A stretch of 64,000 nucleotides of DNA from Alphaproteobacteria bacterium. GTDB taxonomy: Bacteria; Pseudomonadota; Alphaproteobacteria; Rickettsiales; JABCZZ01. Below, one piece after another: positions 1 to 12,923 of the stretch. Made by a program: the position numbers and the translations under genes. Under the pieces are notes generated by a model. The model was not told where the DNA came from, searched no databases, and saw nothing but the letters and a program-made list of their open reading frames with translations. The DNA is taken from the NCBI GenBank assembly GCA_013286285.1, contig JABDGA010000002.1, positions 1,349 through 65,348 on the forward strand, written 5' to 3'. How positions within the stretch are numbered: position 1 is the stretch's first letter; the number at the start of each line of letters is the position of its first letter.

Positions 1-1
1 T

Positions 2-379
2 AAGCAGAACGGCTCGCCTATCGGCCAGTTGACCGGTGTGACCATAGACTCCAGCGGCTTTGTCATTGAAACTTTCAGCAACGGCCAGACGCAGCAGGTA
101 TTCCAGGTGCCGCTTGCCAGCGTGAGCAATCCCAACGGGCTTCAGAGCGTTTCGGGCGACGCCTTCCAGGAAACCCTTTCTTCCGGCCAGATCAATCTTG
201 ATATTGCCGGGCAGGGCGGTACGGGAACGATTACTCCTTCCTCGCTGGAGCAATCCAACGTGAACCTTTCGACCCAGCTGACCAACCTGATCGTCGCGCA
301 GCAGGCTTACGGCGCTAACTCAAAGCTGCTCACGGTCGCGGACCAGCTGCTGCAACAGCTCGACCAGATTATTCAGTAA
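2..379 (+). CDS. flgE: Flagellar hook protein FlgE, C-terminal fragment (5' end outside window)
   Basis: Reading frame is open to the window edge. The C-terminus 'LEQSNVNLSTQLTNLIVAQQAYGANSKLL' is the conserved flagellar hook/rod C-terminal helix, and the preceding 'FQVPLASVSNPNGLQ' is hook-like. Stop TAA at 377-379. Confidence 0.7.
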   Translation, partial: KQNGSPIGQLTGVTIDSSGFVIETFSNGQTQQVFQVPLASVSNPNGLQSVSGDAFQETLSSGQINLDIAGQGGTGTITPSSLEQSNVNLSTQLTNLIVAQQAYGANSKLLTVADQLLQQLDQIIQ

Positions 380-390
380 CCTTTCTTTTG

Positions 391-418
391 CCCCTCCTGC
401 CATAAAGAGCAGGAGGGG
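391..418. terminator. GC-rich hairpin between convergent flgE and ligA (probable bidirectional terminator)
   Basis: cccctcctgc (391-400) pairs perfectly with gcaggagggg (409-418) around an 8-nt loop. It lies between two convergent stop codons. Confidence 0.6.
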
Positions 419-435
419 ATTCTCATTGAGTTATT

Positions 436-3797
<3,362 letters not shown>

Positions 3798-3981
3798 AAG
3801 TGTGCTCCTTAAGCAATCATTGTTCGTAATTCTACCTGCGAATCAGATAAAAATCTAATCAATATTATATGGGATCATATTACCCCAATAATATTAATAT
3901 AAGATTAATATAAAAGTATAATGATAAAATAGGCCGGGCTGTGACATTATAATCGCTTGCTAGTCGTTTTGTCTCATTTAC

Positions 3982-5388
3982 TTACATCGCTTCTAGCAAC
4001 TTTTTATCCAGGCCGTAATAGGCAGCTTTATGGGTAAAGTGCGGGCGCAGGCCGGTGGATTTGAATTCGCCTACCAGGCGGCCATTCTCATCTTCGCCCT
4101 GGAATTCAAAAGTGAAAAGATCCTGCGTGATGATAACGTCGCCTTCCATGCCGACCAGCTCGGTCACGTGGGTGATGCGGCGGATACCGTCGCGCATGCG
4201 GCTGATCTGCACGATGAGATTCACGGCGCTGCTAATCTGCGTGCGCACTGCCTTGCTGGGCAGGTTGATACCGGCGAGACCGATCATGTTCTCAAGACGT
4301 GTGAGCGCCTCGCGCGGGGTATTGGCGTGCAGCGTTCCCATGGAGCCGTCATGGCCGGTATTCATGGCTTGAAGCAAGTCAATCGCCTCCGAGCCGCGCA
4401 CCTCGCCGAGGATGATGCGGTCAGGACGCATACGCAGGGCATTTTTCACCAGATCGCGCATGGTGATTTCGCCGTGGCCTTCAAGGTTGGCGGGACGGGT
4501 TTCCAGCGGCACGACGTGTGGCTGCTGCAATTGCAGCTCGGCGGCGTCCTCGATGGTGACGATGCGCTCGCCGTGATCGATCATCTGCGATATGGCGTTT
4601 AAGAGCGTGGTTTTACCGGAGCCGGTGCCGCCGGAGATGATGATGTTGAGGCGCACCGCGCCCGCGATTTTCAGCACCTGGCAGACGTTATGGGAGATGT
4701 TGCCCTGGCCGGCCATGATGTCGAGGGTGATCTTCTTCTTGGAGAACTTACGGATGGAGATGCTGCAGCCGCGAATAGCAAGCGGCGGGGCGATGACGTT
4801 AACGCGGCTGCCGTCCATGAGGCGCGCGTCGCAGATGGGGCTGGATTCATCCACGCGGCGACCTACGGCGGTCACAATGCGTTGTGCGATGCTGATGACA
4901 TGCTGGTTGTCGCGGAACTTGACCTCCGTCAGCCGGAGCTTACCCTTTTGTTCTATATACACCTGTTCAGGGCCGTTCACCATGATATCGGTGATAGTTT
5001 CATCCTGCAGGAGCGGCTCTAAGGGCCCCAGCCCCAGCATGTCGTCCACGATCTGGTTGGCAAGGAACTGCTGTTCCAACTGATTGATGAGGAGCTTCTG
5101 CTCCATCACGATTTCACCGATGAGATCGATAATCTGGCGTTTAAGATCGTCACGCGGCAGGCGGGAAGCGGTGGTGAGATCAATCTGCTCCATGAGCAAG
5201 GCGTATATTTTTTCCTTGGTGGAAGCGATTTCCGGCGCGACCTTCTCTCCTTCCTGAGGGAGGGGCTTTATTTCCTGAGGCGTAAGGCGCTCGTGACTTT
5301 CTTTGGGTTTTTCGGCAGGTGCAACTGGCGGCTCCGCGACAGGCGCAGGTGACGGCAGAGGCTCTGAGCTGCGCCGGCCAAATGCCAC
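3982..5388 (-). CDS. cpaF: Tad/Flp pilus assembly ATPase CpaF/TadA
   Basis: 468 aa secretion ATPase with Walker A 'GGTGSGKTT' and '[12 protein letters not shown]'. Lies immediately downstream of cpaE. Confidence 0.9.
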   Translation of the reverse strand: MAFGRRSSEPLPSPAPVAEPPVAPAEKPKESHERLTPQEIKPLPQEGEKVAPEIASTKEKIYALLMEQIDLTTASRLPRDDLKRQIIDLIGEIVMEQKLLINQLEQQFLANQIVDDMLGLGPLEPLLQDETITDIMVNGPEQVYIEQKGKLRLTEVKFRDNQHVISIAQRIVTAVGRRVDESSPICDARLMDGSRVNVIAPPLAIRGCSISIRKFSKKKITLDIMAGQGNISHNVCQVLKIAGAVRLNIIISGGTGSGKTTLLNAISQMIDHGERIVTIEDAAELQLQQPHVVPLETRPANLEGHGEITMRDLVKNALRMRPDRIILGEVRGSEAIDLLQAMNTGHDGSMGTLHANTPREALTRLENMIGLAGINLPSKAVRTQISSAVNLIVQISRMRDGIRRITHVTELVGMEGDVIITQDLFTFEFQGEDENGRLVGEFKSTGLRPHFTHKAAYYGLDKKLLEAM

Positions 5389-6630
5389 TTACGAGCTCCT
5401 TTTGAGCAAGGAAAATAAACGGGTGTTTTGTTTTGTTTTTTTATCTGCGCTTGTTTCGGCGAAATGTTCGCTCAAGGACTGTAATATTTTGGCGGCTGGA
5501 GCGTTTTTTGCGGTTTCCGCCAATACTTCGCCGGAAGTGGCGGCGGCATGCGCATCTACAATGAAGGGAATGTTGAAATCCACTTTCACGCCTAAGCCTT
5601 TTTCAAACTCATCACGCGCCATCTGGTGCTTGCCCGCGAGGCCGATTTTATTGGCCACGAATATCGGCGGCTTCACTTTCAGCGTATCGCGGCAGTATTC
5701 CAGGTAGCGCAGGGATTCCCGGAGTCCGGCAATGGTATATTCGGTCACGCAGATGACATGGTCGGCATGGGTGATGGCAAAGCGTGTAAACGGTGATAGG
5801 GTGCGTGGCACATCAACAATCATATGGGAAAATTTGGGACGGCACTGCTTGAACAACGTGTCTGCCGCCGCTTCATTTGCGAGGATGTTTTCTTCCAGCG
5901 GTTCTTCCGTGCTTAGGATGGAAAGGCTATCGTTTACCCTTACCATCACGCGATCCACGAACAGGCCGTCAATGCGATCCGGTTTTTCCAGCGCCTCACG
6001 CAGGCCGCGTCCAGGTTCCAGATCGAGCGCCAGTGCGACGGTGCCCAGTTGTGGGTCAAAATCAAGTAATGCGGTTTTCTGCTGCAGGCGATTGGCCAGA
6101 ATCCAAGCCATATTCACGCATACGGTGGTGGCGCCAACCCCGCCGCGCGAGCCAATCACCGTAATAATTTTGGCATCTTTTTTCATATTCTCCGGCTTTG
6201 TCGCCGGGGTTACGACTTCAGTGGCCTTAGCGTACGCGGCCTCGAGGGCGTCAAGCTTGAACGGCTTGAGCAGGTAGTTCGATATTCCGACTTCCACCAG
6301 CCAGCAATAAAAGCTATATTCATTGACTTTTCCCGAAACCATGACCGTGGTGCCGGGTTCGCAGACATCGGCAAGCGTGTCGAGGGAAGCGGGGACGGAC
6401 TCGGCGGAAGCAATATCGACAAACAACACTTTTGGCGAAGGATTGGACTTGAGGAATGTAGCGGCGGTATTGATGTCGCCAGAATGAATGATACTTTCCG
6501 GCCAGCCATGCTTCACGGCAAGCTGTTTAAGAATGGCTATGCTCTCGCCATCGCCAGAAAACGCCATGAAAGCCGGGCTGTCTTTGCCGCTTTTGTCGGT
6601 TTTATTATCCATAACAAACCCCTGCAGCAT
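5389..6630 (-). CDS. cpaE: Tad pilus assembly protein CpaE/TadZ (pseudo-receiver plus ParA/MinD-like ATPase)
   Basis: 413 aa with deviant Walker A 'GSRGGVGATT' and an N-terminal receiver-like domain. Abuts cpaF with no gap. The true start may be the internal Met at 6612. Confidence 0.85.
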   Translation of the reverse strand: MLQGFVMDNKTDKSGKDSPAFMAFSGDGESIAILKQLAVKHGWPESIIHSGDINTAATFLKSNPSPKVLFVDIASAESVPASLDTLADVCEPGTTVMVSGKVNEYSFYCWLVEVGISNYLLKPFKLDALEAAYAKATEVVTPATKPENMKKDAKIITVIGSRGGVGATTVCVNMAWILANRLQQKTALLDFDPQLGTVALALDLEPGRGLREALEKPDRIDGLFVDRVMVRVNDSLSILSTEEPLEENILANEAAADTLFKQCRPKFSHMIVDVPRTLSPFTRFAITHADHVICVTEYTIAGLRESLRYLEYCRDTLKVKPPIFVANKIGLAGKHQMARDEFEKGLGVKVDFNIPFIVDAHAAATSGEVLAETAKNAPAAKILQSLSEHFAETSADKKTKQNTRLFSLLKRSS

Positions 6631-6767
6631 GAAGCTACGGTTATTCTATGGTAAATTTAGCAGAAAATAGTTACTTTTTTATGAAGAAGGGAGGCATTAT
6701 AGCTTCTTACATTTTTGGATTATGATGAGCTATACTAGGTATGATAATAGGTTAGTCTATCATTTTA

Positions 6768-7226
6768 TTAGCCGGGGTGAAAGTATCTGCCTTTGCGCTT
6801 ATCTTGCTCAATTGCTTCTACATGGCTTGTTCTAGGTCCTTTGGGAGCGAATTTATTGCGTGCCAGTCTTTCAGCTTTTGTAATACGCTCTATATACCCA
6901 TCACGAACCAATTCTGTCATTGCTTTATCACTGGCACACAGCACATCATTCGAACCATTTTTATATGTTCCAACCCATTCTTCTTGAACGGTTTTCTCCG
7001 CTTCCTGCCTTGAGAGCTCCGGTGAGAGCCCTTGCTGTACGCCAAGTTCGGTGAAGTAGTCTATTTTTCTGATCCGTAGTGCCTCTATCACGTCCTGAAG
7101 CCTTTTTCCATCAATGGAATAGACTAATTCTCTTTCCTGGGCATCGAGAAAAGCCCTCACAGCCATACTTCCGCTGAGCCAGCCCGTTTTTATCGTTGGT
7201 ACTCTCCGGGCCAGAATAACTTCCAT
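6768..7226 (-). CDS. Hypothetical 152-aa protein; probably the downstream portion of the frameshift-split helicase gene
   Basis: AT-rich. Overlaps the helicase ORF by 37 nt in the -1 frame. Its frame is open back to the A7 run at 7255-7261. It repeats a 'GW[IL]SG' motif also present in the helicase C-terminus. Confidence 0.55.
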   Translation of the reverse strand: MEVILARRVPTIKTGWLSGSMAVRAFLDAQERELVYSIDGKRLQDVIEALRIRKIDYFTELGVQQGLSPELSRQEAEKTVQEEWVGTYKNGSNDVLCASDKAMTELVRDGYIERITKAERLARNKFAPKGPRTSHVEAIEQDKRKGRYFHPG

Positions 7227-9055
7227 CGCTTCTTTGCTGGCATAATATACGGGGTTTTTTTATTTCTATAATAATATAGTGCTATCCAATGAGCCTGTAT
7301 CTCTTGTATTGGTAGGCCTTCTCTAATTTTTTCATCTCTTAATTTTTCAAACTCGCTAATCCATGTTCTGGATGTACCTCCATATGCATTCGCGGCTGCG
7401 AGCCCACTTATCCAGCCCTTGTCATCGTCAGGTGCCCTATCGTAGGTTTGCGCCCGCTTCTGTTTATGTTCATTGCTTATTATAGTTAATGCATTGGCAT
7501 CGGTTATTAATTCAAATTGTGATACATCAATATCTGGCGGCAGTTGTTTAAACTGCCTTGTCGCCCGCGCTCGCCTTACCGCAGTTCTTGGCTCTACTCC
7601 TTCAATTACTTCAGAACAGTAAATCGGCATCATGTTAGGGTTTTCCTGATAAAGTTTTTCGGTATTTTCGTCGATAAGATTAATAACGGTTGCTATTTTG
7701 TCGGGGTTGTCTGGATCAAGGCGAAATCCGCGCCCAAAAATTTGGGTGGCTTCCACTTTGGAAAAGCGGTCAACCAGATCGATAATTATACTATCGCGTC
7801 GGCAATCATAGCCTACTTTCAGCTTGCTTGCCGATGCCAACAGCAAGATTTTGCCTTTTTCATGTAGATCAAAAATTTCATCCTCAGAATACCATTCCTT
7901 ATTACCTTCCATAAGCCTGTTTACTGTGATGGGATTTTCTTCTTTATCCGTCATCATCCCCGGACGAAGAAATGCTCCCTTAATCCCTCCGTGAACGGGA
8001 GCTATCAGCTCTATGCCTTCTTCATTTAACCATCGTTTGCTTTCGGTGTACGCGCTGTCGTCCAACATATTGTTTGCAAGTCTAACAATATCGTCAGCAT
8101 GCTGTCTGCCACCGCAGTAAATGGCTCCGTTCTGGCCGAAATAACGTTCGCTGCTATCTATGTCTCTGCCACGTAAATACGTTTCCAGAGCGCTCCTATT
8201 ACGAGCCTCGTGATTAAGAAGGATTTGTAGTTCTTTAAGGCTTAAATTACGGCCATGCTCTTTTTTAGCAAATTCATGAAATTTTTCTTCATCAATAAGG
8301 AATTTTGTTTTCAATAATACAGGGCGAACGTCACATAGATCGCCACGCTTGATGGCTTCTTTCAAGCTAAGGTTATAATAAGGAGGAAAACGCGCGAGAA
8401 TGGTTTTATCTTCCGTATATTCTGGTGTTGCAGTAACCGCAATTTGCAAACTGTCTTTGAATTTATCAACAGCTTTACCAAATCCTGAAGCGGTTGTTAC
8501 GTGTGCTTCATCAAAGCAAACCAATCCATACTCATCTGGTTTATATATTTTTCTTTCGTCTTCACGGGCGTCATCACGGCTAATGGATTGATAAGTAGTA
8601 ATAAGTACTTTTGGTTTGCGAGTAATATGTTTTCTTTTATGGTATTGAACGCCAATATCACTATTATTCCAATCTATTTTTTTACCTTGTTCATCATCTG
8701 CTTCAATAGTGGGAGCTATTTCTGGAAGAAATTCTGCAAAAGCCCGTGCTGTTTGTATAACAAGGCGTTCTGTAGGCACTACAATCATTATGCGTGGTGC
8801 ATCAGGGTTATCTTTTGTTGCTTCTAGATAACTTTCTATTAAAGCCATAAACGTTGCAGTTTTACCTACACCTGTTGGCAAAATGATGGAGCCTTTACGT
8901 TGTCCTTTTTCTAAGCCTGCGGTATAGGCATCAAACGCTTCTCTTTGCGTACCCTCACGCAAAGCGTGAATTTTGTCATGGAAAACAAATTTGTTCCATG
9001 CAAAAGCTTTTAGTTTTATTAAAAAATCCGATTCAATTTTTAAATTGAGTGACAT
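7190..9055 (-). CDS. Superfamily-2 helicase (ResIII/DEAH-type)
   Basis: 621 aa with motif I 'LPTGVGKT', motif II 'CFDEAH', motif III 'TATPE' and motif VI 'QIFGRGFR'. Very AT-rich: 15/60 GC in a hand count of 8581-8640. Confidence 0.8.
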   Translation of the reverse strand: MSLNLKIESDFLIKLKAFAWNKFVFHDKIHALREGTQREAFDAYTAGLEKGQRKGSIILPTGVGKTATFMALIESYLEATKDNPDAPRIMIVVPTERLVIQTARAFAEFLPEIAPTIEADDEQGKKIDWNNSDIGVQYHKRKHITRKPKVLITTYQSISRDDAREDERKIYKPDEYGLVCFDEAHVTTASGFGKAVDKFKDSLQIAVTATPEYTEDKTILARFPPYYNLSLKEAIKRGDLCDVRPVLLKTKFLIDEEKFHEFAKKEHGRNLSLKELQILLNHEARNRSALETYLRGRDIDSSERYFGQNGAIYCGGRQHADDIVRLANNMLDDSAYTESKRWLNEEGIELIAPVHGGIKGAFLRPGMMTDKEENPITVNRLMEGNKEWYSEDEIFDLHEKGKILLLASASKLKVGYDCRRDSIIIDLVDRFSKVEATQIFGRGFRLDPDNPDKIATVINLIDENTEKLYQENPNMMPIYCSEVIEGVEPRTAVRRARATRQFKQLPPDIDVSQFELITDANALTIISNEHKQKRAQTYDRAPDDDKGWISGLAAANAYGGTSRTWISEFEKLRDEKIREGLPIQEIQAHWIALYYYRNKKTPYIMPAKKRWKLFWPGEYQR

Positions 9056-9071
9056 ATAAAAAAGAGCATTA

Positions 9072-9401
9072 TCATCGAGAAGAGGATCCCGAAGAGCCGG
9101 TCGTAGCCGGGCTAGTGACGTTTTGCTGGGTTGCCGTCAGGTATTTCTGCACGTTAACGCTTTCGCGATCGCCGTTCTGTATATTTTGCCCTTGTCCTTT
9201 ATCCAGATCCGACGGGTTGGCTAGCTGCGCCTTTACATTGTTATAATAGGCACAGCCGAAATTGCTGAAATCGGTATTCTCATAATTATGTATGGAGTTG
9301 CCGCTCCAGTCAGGGCAGGAGCGGGTGGATTTCTGTTCCGGCGTGCAGCTTCCGGCAGATAGCAGAATAGCAATGAGCAGCAATGAAGATGACAAACGCA
9401 T
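9072..9401 (-). CDS. cpaD: Pilus assembly lipoprotein CpaD-like
   Basis: 109 aa with a signal peptide and Cys ('LLSAGSC'). The 'GCAYYNNVKAQLANPSDL' segment resembles the CpaD family. Lies directly downstream of cpaC. Confidence 0.6.
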   Translation of the reverse strand: MRLSSSLLLIAILLSAGSCTPEQKSTRSCPDWSGNSIHNYENTDFSNFGCAYYNNVKAQLANPSDLDKGQGQNIQNGDRESVNVQKYLTATQQNVTSPATTGSSGSSSR

Positions 9402-9411
9402 AAACTCATCC

Positions 9412-10827
9412 TTATTTCAGTTGATACCCGGCTGCACCATGCAGGTGTGGATTTGCCGAATCCGGACTTTCTATGCCTTCCGGCATTTCCTTGTACAGCT
9501 TGCCGAGTAGTATGCGCTCCGCATCGCTGGAAAGCAGCAGCCCCTGTGTGGGATCATGGAGGGCGTCCGCTTTGTCCACGCCGCCGACGATATAGGGAGT
9601 CACGATAATCACAAGTTCGGTCTGATTGTGCTGGAATTGGCTGGAGCGGAACAAAGCTCCCAGAACCGGCATATCACCAAGGAAGGGGAACTTGTTGATA
9701 TCATTATTACGATCATTCTCTATTAATCCGGCGATAGTGAAACTCTGGCCGCTGCCCAACTCTACCGTGGTGGAGGCTTTGCGGGTCTGGAGCGCGGGGA
9801 TGTTAAAGCCGGCAGTGCTTACTGCTCCGGTTTGCGAAAGGGAGCTTACTTCAGGCGCCACAGTAAGGTTGATGCGATCTTTCGATAACACCACGGGTAT
9901 GAAACTCAAGCTGACGCCGAAAGGCTGGTAGGTGATGGAAACCTGCGCCGTGGAGCCGCTTCCGGTCACGGAGGGTATAGGTATCTGGCCACCAGCAAGG
10001 AAACTGGCCGTCTGGCCGGATTGCGTGGTAAGGGTGGGCTCGGCGAGCGTAGCGACCAGCCCGTTATCTTCCAGCGCATCCACCACTCCCTGGAGGCTGT
10101 TATGGGAGTCGGAGAAGGCCGCGTATAGCGAGTTGTCCGTGCCGCTGCGGTTAATGATAGTCGGCGTAGTCGGATCGGTGATGGCGCGTCCCTGCAACAC
10201 ACCGAAAGCAAAGTTACTGAGAGAGCTGGAAAGATTCTGCAGGCTGATGCCGAAGCGCTTCAATTCGGTGCGATCCACTTCCGCCACTTTGACCTTGAGC
10301 ATGACCTGATTGGAACCCAGCGGATGCAGCATGTTCACCAGCGTCTGGCCTGATTTTACGAATGGCGCGGCAAGCTTGCGTATGTCTTCCGCCTGCAGTG
10401 GTGAATCCACATCTCCGTTCATTACCAGCGCGCCGTCAATGGACTGGAAACGGACTTTGGAATCCGGCATGATTTCCTTCACGGTCTCGTTCAGCTTGCT
10501 GAGGTTATGCGTTACGCTCACGATAGCGCGCAGTATTTCATTGTCTTTGGAATCCACCGCAAACACCGTTGTTTCCCCTACACCTTTGGCGTTGATGTAT
10601 ACCAGTGTTGGGGAGACTACTTGCACGTCGGCCACCGTAGGATCGGCGGCAATCACGGAAGAGGCTGGCGCGGAAAGATGTACGAGTTGGCCTTTGCTTA
10701 CCTCAAGGTGATAACTGATTTCACTGGCAATAGCGGGGGAAGCGGCGCTACCTTCCGTCGCCAATGCATAATAGGGCACAGACGTAATGCAGCAAGAAAT
10801 CGCCAGGGAATATATAAACTTTTTCAT
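9412..10827 (-). CDS. cpaC: Tad pilus secretin CpaC/RcpA
   Basis: 471 aa with a signal peptide and the C-terminal secretin core '...PFLGDMPVLGALFRS...ELVIIVTP'. Confidence 0.9.
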   Translation of the reverse strand: MKKFIYSLAISCCITSVPYYALATEGSAASPAIASEISYHLEVSKGQLVHLSAPASSVIAADPTVADVQVVSPTLVYINAKGVGETTVFAVDSKDNEILRAIVSVTHNLSKLNETVKEIMPDSKVRFQSIDGALVMNGDVDSPLQAEDIRKLAAPFVKSGQTLVNMLHPLGSNQVMLKVKVAEVDRTELKRFGISLQNLSSSLSNFAFGVLQGRAITDPTTPTIINRSGTDNSLYAAFSDSHNSLQGVVDALEDNGLVATLAEPTLTTQSGQTASFLAGGQIPIPSVTGSGSTAQVSITYQPFGVSLSFIPVVLSKDRINLTVAPEVSSLSQTGAVSTAGFNIPALQTRKASTTVELGSGQSFTIAGLIENDRNNDINKFPFLGDMPVLGALFRSSQFQHNQTELVIIVTPYIVGGVDKADALHDPTQGLLLSSDAERILLGKLYKEMPEGIESPDSANPHLHGAAGYQLK

Positions 10828-11684
10828 CGCGCTCCCGTCCCCCCATGGAAATCCAGATGTTCTGAGGCGCTGCCATGGAATACGTTGACGCTGCTTCCGG
10901 TGCCTTTATTTTCCATCAGCTTGCTGACATCACTGTTGGTGGAGTAATTGTTTTCCGCAGGCTCGCTTGCCGACGGCTTATCGCTTTGAACAGCGGCATT
11001 GGCAGGAGCATTTATCTTAGGCTTCGTGTCGGCATTCTGGGCGAGGCTGCGCAGGCTTACCGAAATACTCCCGATGCTGATGGCGACATTGATCATCTCC
11101 GCTTGCTTCGGCGAAACCTCGAGGGTGATGGTCTTGGCGACAATCGCTTTATTATCCGGGTTATTCAGCATCTGGTCGATGGCAAGCACGCGGACATCTT
11201 CTATGAAGGTTTCGCTTGCCAGCGTGCCGTCGGAAAGCTTGTGTGTCATGATGAGATCCACCCTGTCGCCGGGAAAGACAAAACCTGCATTGCCGGAGGT
11301 GGAATTGACCGCGATGGATACGGCACGCTTGCCGGGAGTAAGTACCGCAGACATGAAGCCGCCTTCACTTGCTGTAACAATAGACGCGCCGCTTAATGGC
11401 TCCCCTGCGATGATATCGCGCCGTGCCACGCCGCCATTATATTCCTCTATCTTGTGCGCATCCTGCATGATGAAGGAGGGAGACAAGTTTGCCTTTGGCC
11501 ATTCCGCCCAGCCCAAATTCTTTTCCGCACGTACAAAACTGCCCGCAGCGATATCGGCAGTGGCGACAAGGATTTTAGGCCCGCTTTCCGCCACCGGAGC
11601 GGCTGCATGATGCTTCACCATTACAACTAATAGCGTTGCAATGCAGATCGCCATCACGAGTAATATGAGTGTCCGTGCGTTCAT
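10824..11684 (-). CDS. cpaB: Flp pilus assembly protein CpaB/RcpC
   Basis: 286 aa with an N-terminal TM helix and a SAF-like region. Overlaps the cpaC start by 4 nt. Confidence 0.8.
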   Translation of the reverse strand: MNARTLILLVMAICIATLLVVMVKHHAAAPVAESGPKILVATADIAAGSFVRAEKNLGWAEWPKANLSPSFIMQDAHKIEEYNGGVARRDIIAGEPLSGASIVTASEGGFMSAVLTPGKRAVSIAVNSTSGNAGFVFPGDRVDLIMTHKLSDGTLASETFIEDVRVLAIDQMLNNPDNKAIVAKTITLEVSPKQAEMINVAISIGSISVSLRSLAQNADTKPKINAPANAAVQSDKPSASEPAENNYSTNSDVSKLMENKGTGSSVNVFHGSASEHLDFHGGTGAR

Positions 11685-11855
11685 CGAACTATACTATAAA
11701 ACTATAATTAAGGAATCGTTAATAGGATTACGCAGTCGAGAGGGCGGCGGAAGAAAAATAGTAAATAGAAGTGATAATTATGGTACAGTTGGCGGTCGTT
11801 ATTTTATAAAATGCGAATCAAGTTTTACTGAAAACGGAATAAAAAAAGCGGCAAC

Positions 11856-12923
11856 TTATCCTGCAATCTTTTTAAGCTTAGACACTGCAACCGGAGGAGA
11901 AAAATAATATCCTTGAAAAAGATCCACGCCTGCTTTGAGCAGCCCAAGATGGGTTTCTTCATTTTCCACGCCTTCGGCAATTAACGTGGCGCCGGATGCG
12001 TGCGCTATCGCAACCAGTTCGCCGATCGTCTGCTGTTCTCTCGCCAGCGCGGAGTGATGTACCAGATCGATATCGAGTTTGATAAAGTCCGGGCGCACGG
12101 TTTCGAGAATTTTTTTTGCCATGGCGAAGGAGGAAATATCGTCGAGTGACAATAAGTAGCCACGTGAGCGGCAGTAATCGAAAATTGCCTTCAAGTGCGA
12201 AATATCGCGCGGCGTTTCAGAATGGGTAAAATCCAGCACGATTTGTTTTGAGGGCATTCCGTTGAATCTTGCCGCATCGGAAAGGCCTTCAAGATACTTC
12301 TCTGGACGGTGGATGAACCCCGGTATGAGGTTAATGAAAAGAAAGCCGTCGAGATCGCTGGTAATGAATGTCCGGATGGCTTTCAGATGCAGGTAGCGAT
12401 CGAGCATATATTCGGCGTTTAAATATTTCGCCGCTTCAATAATCTCGCCGCCACCGATGACGCGATCACCGGCTTCCATACGAGCAAACGCTTCGTAACC
12501 GAATACTTTCCCACGCTTGTCGAGCACCGGCTGCATGTAACAGACAATGCGATCGTCCAGCAGTGCATCCCCAAGCCAAAGGCTGCCGGCGATTTTGTCT
12601 ATGATATCCAATGACTTTTTGGCAAAGATGAATTCCTGGGGATCCGGTTGCGAGTCACCTACCAACAGTGATACTCTCGCCGTGCCTGCCTGATCATGCT
12701 GTGTTATGATTTCACGTAGCGTTTTCCATGCCGGTTCCCATGCATTGGTGCAGCGTAGGATATAGGGATAATCTACGGAATCCAACTTTTGCATCCCATA
12801 CGTTTCCAGATCTTTTGCGAACGCCGGAGTGTATTCGCAAAAAACCGCCAGCCAGTAATTCGAGGACTGATTATAGGGAAGATTGAAGGTGAACGGGATT
12901 TTTTCATCGCCCATGCGCAGCAA
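11856..12923 (-). CDS. EAL-domain protein (c-di-GMP phosphodiesterase-like, motifs partly divergent)
   Basis: 355 aa containing 'YEAFAR', 'FINLIP', 'IKLD', 'AEGVENEE' and 'QGYYFSPP'. However, 'DDFGTG' reads 'DDISSF' and 'EITE' reads 'DFTH'. Confidence 0.75.
   Translation of the reverse strand: MLRMGDEKIPFTFNLPYNQSSNYWLAVFCEYTPAFAKDLETYGMQKLDSVDYPYILRCTNAWEPAWKTLREIITQHDQAGTARVSLLVGDSQPDPQEFIFAKKSLDIIDKIAGSLWLGDALLDDRIVCYMQPVLDKRGKVFGYEAFARMEAGDRVIGGGEIIEAAKYLNAEYMLDRYLHLKAIRTFITSDLDGFLFINLIPGFIHRPEKYLEGLSDAARFNGMPSKQIVLDFTHSETPRDISHLKAIFDYCRSRGYLLSLDDISSFAMAKKILETVRPDFIKLDIDLVHHSALAREQQTIGELVAIAHASGATLIAEGVENEETHLGLLKAGVDLFQGYYFSPPVAVSKLKKIAG

Noticed and set aside
3798-3981. The very AT-rich 184-nt spacer with 'attaatata' direct repeats, as a possible small RNA gene or mobile-element scar.
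   Set aside because: It has no inverted repeats, no ORF and no terminator-like structure. It is most simply the aceA promoter/UP-element region and the 3' boundary of the truncated tad cluster.
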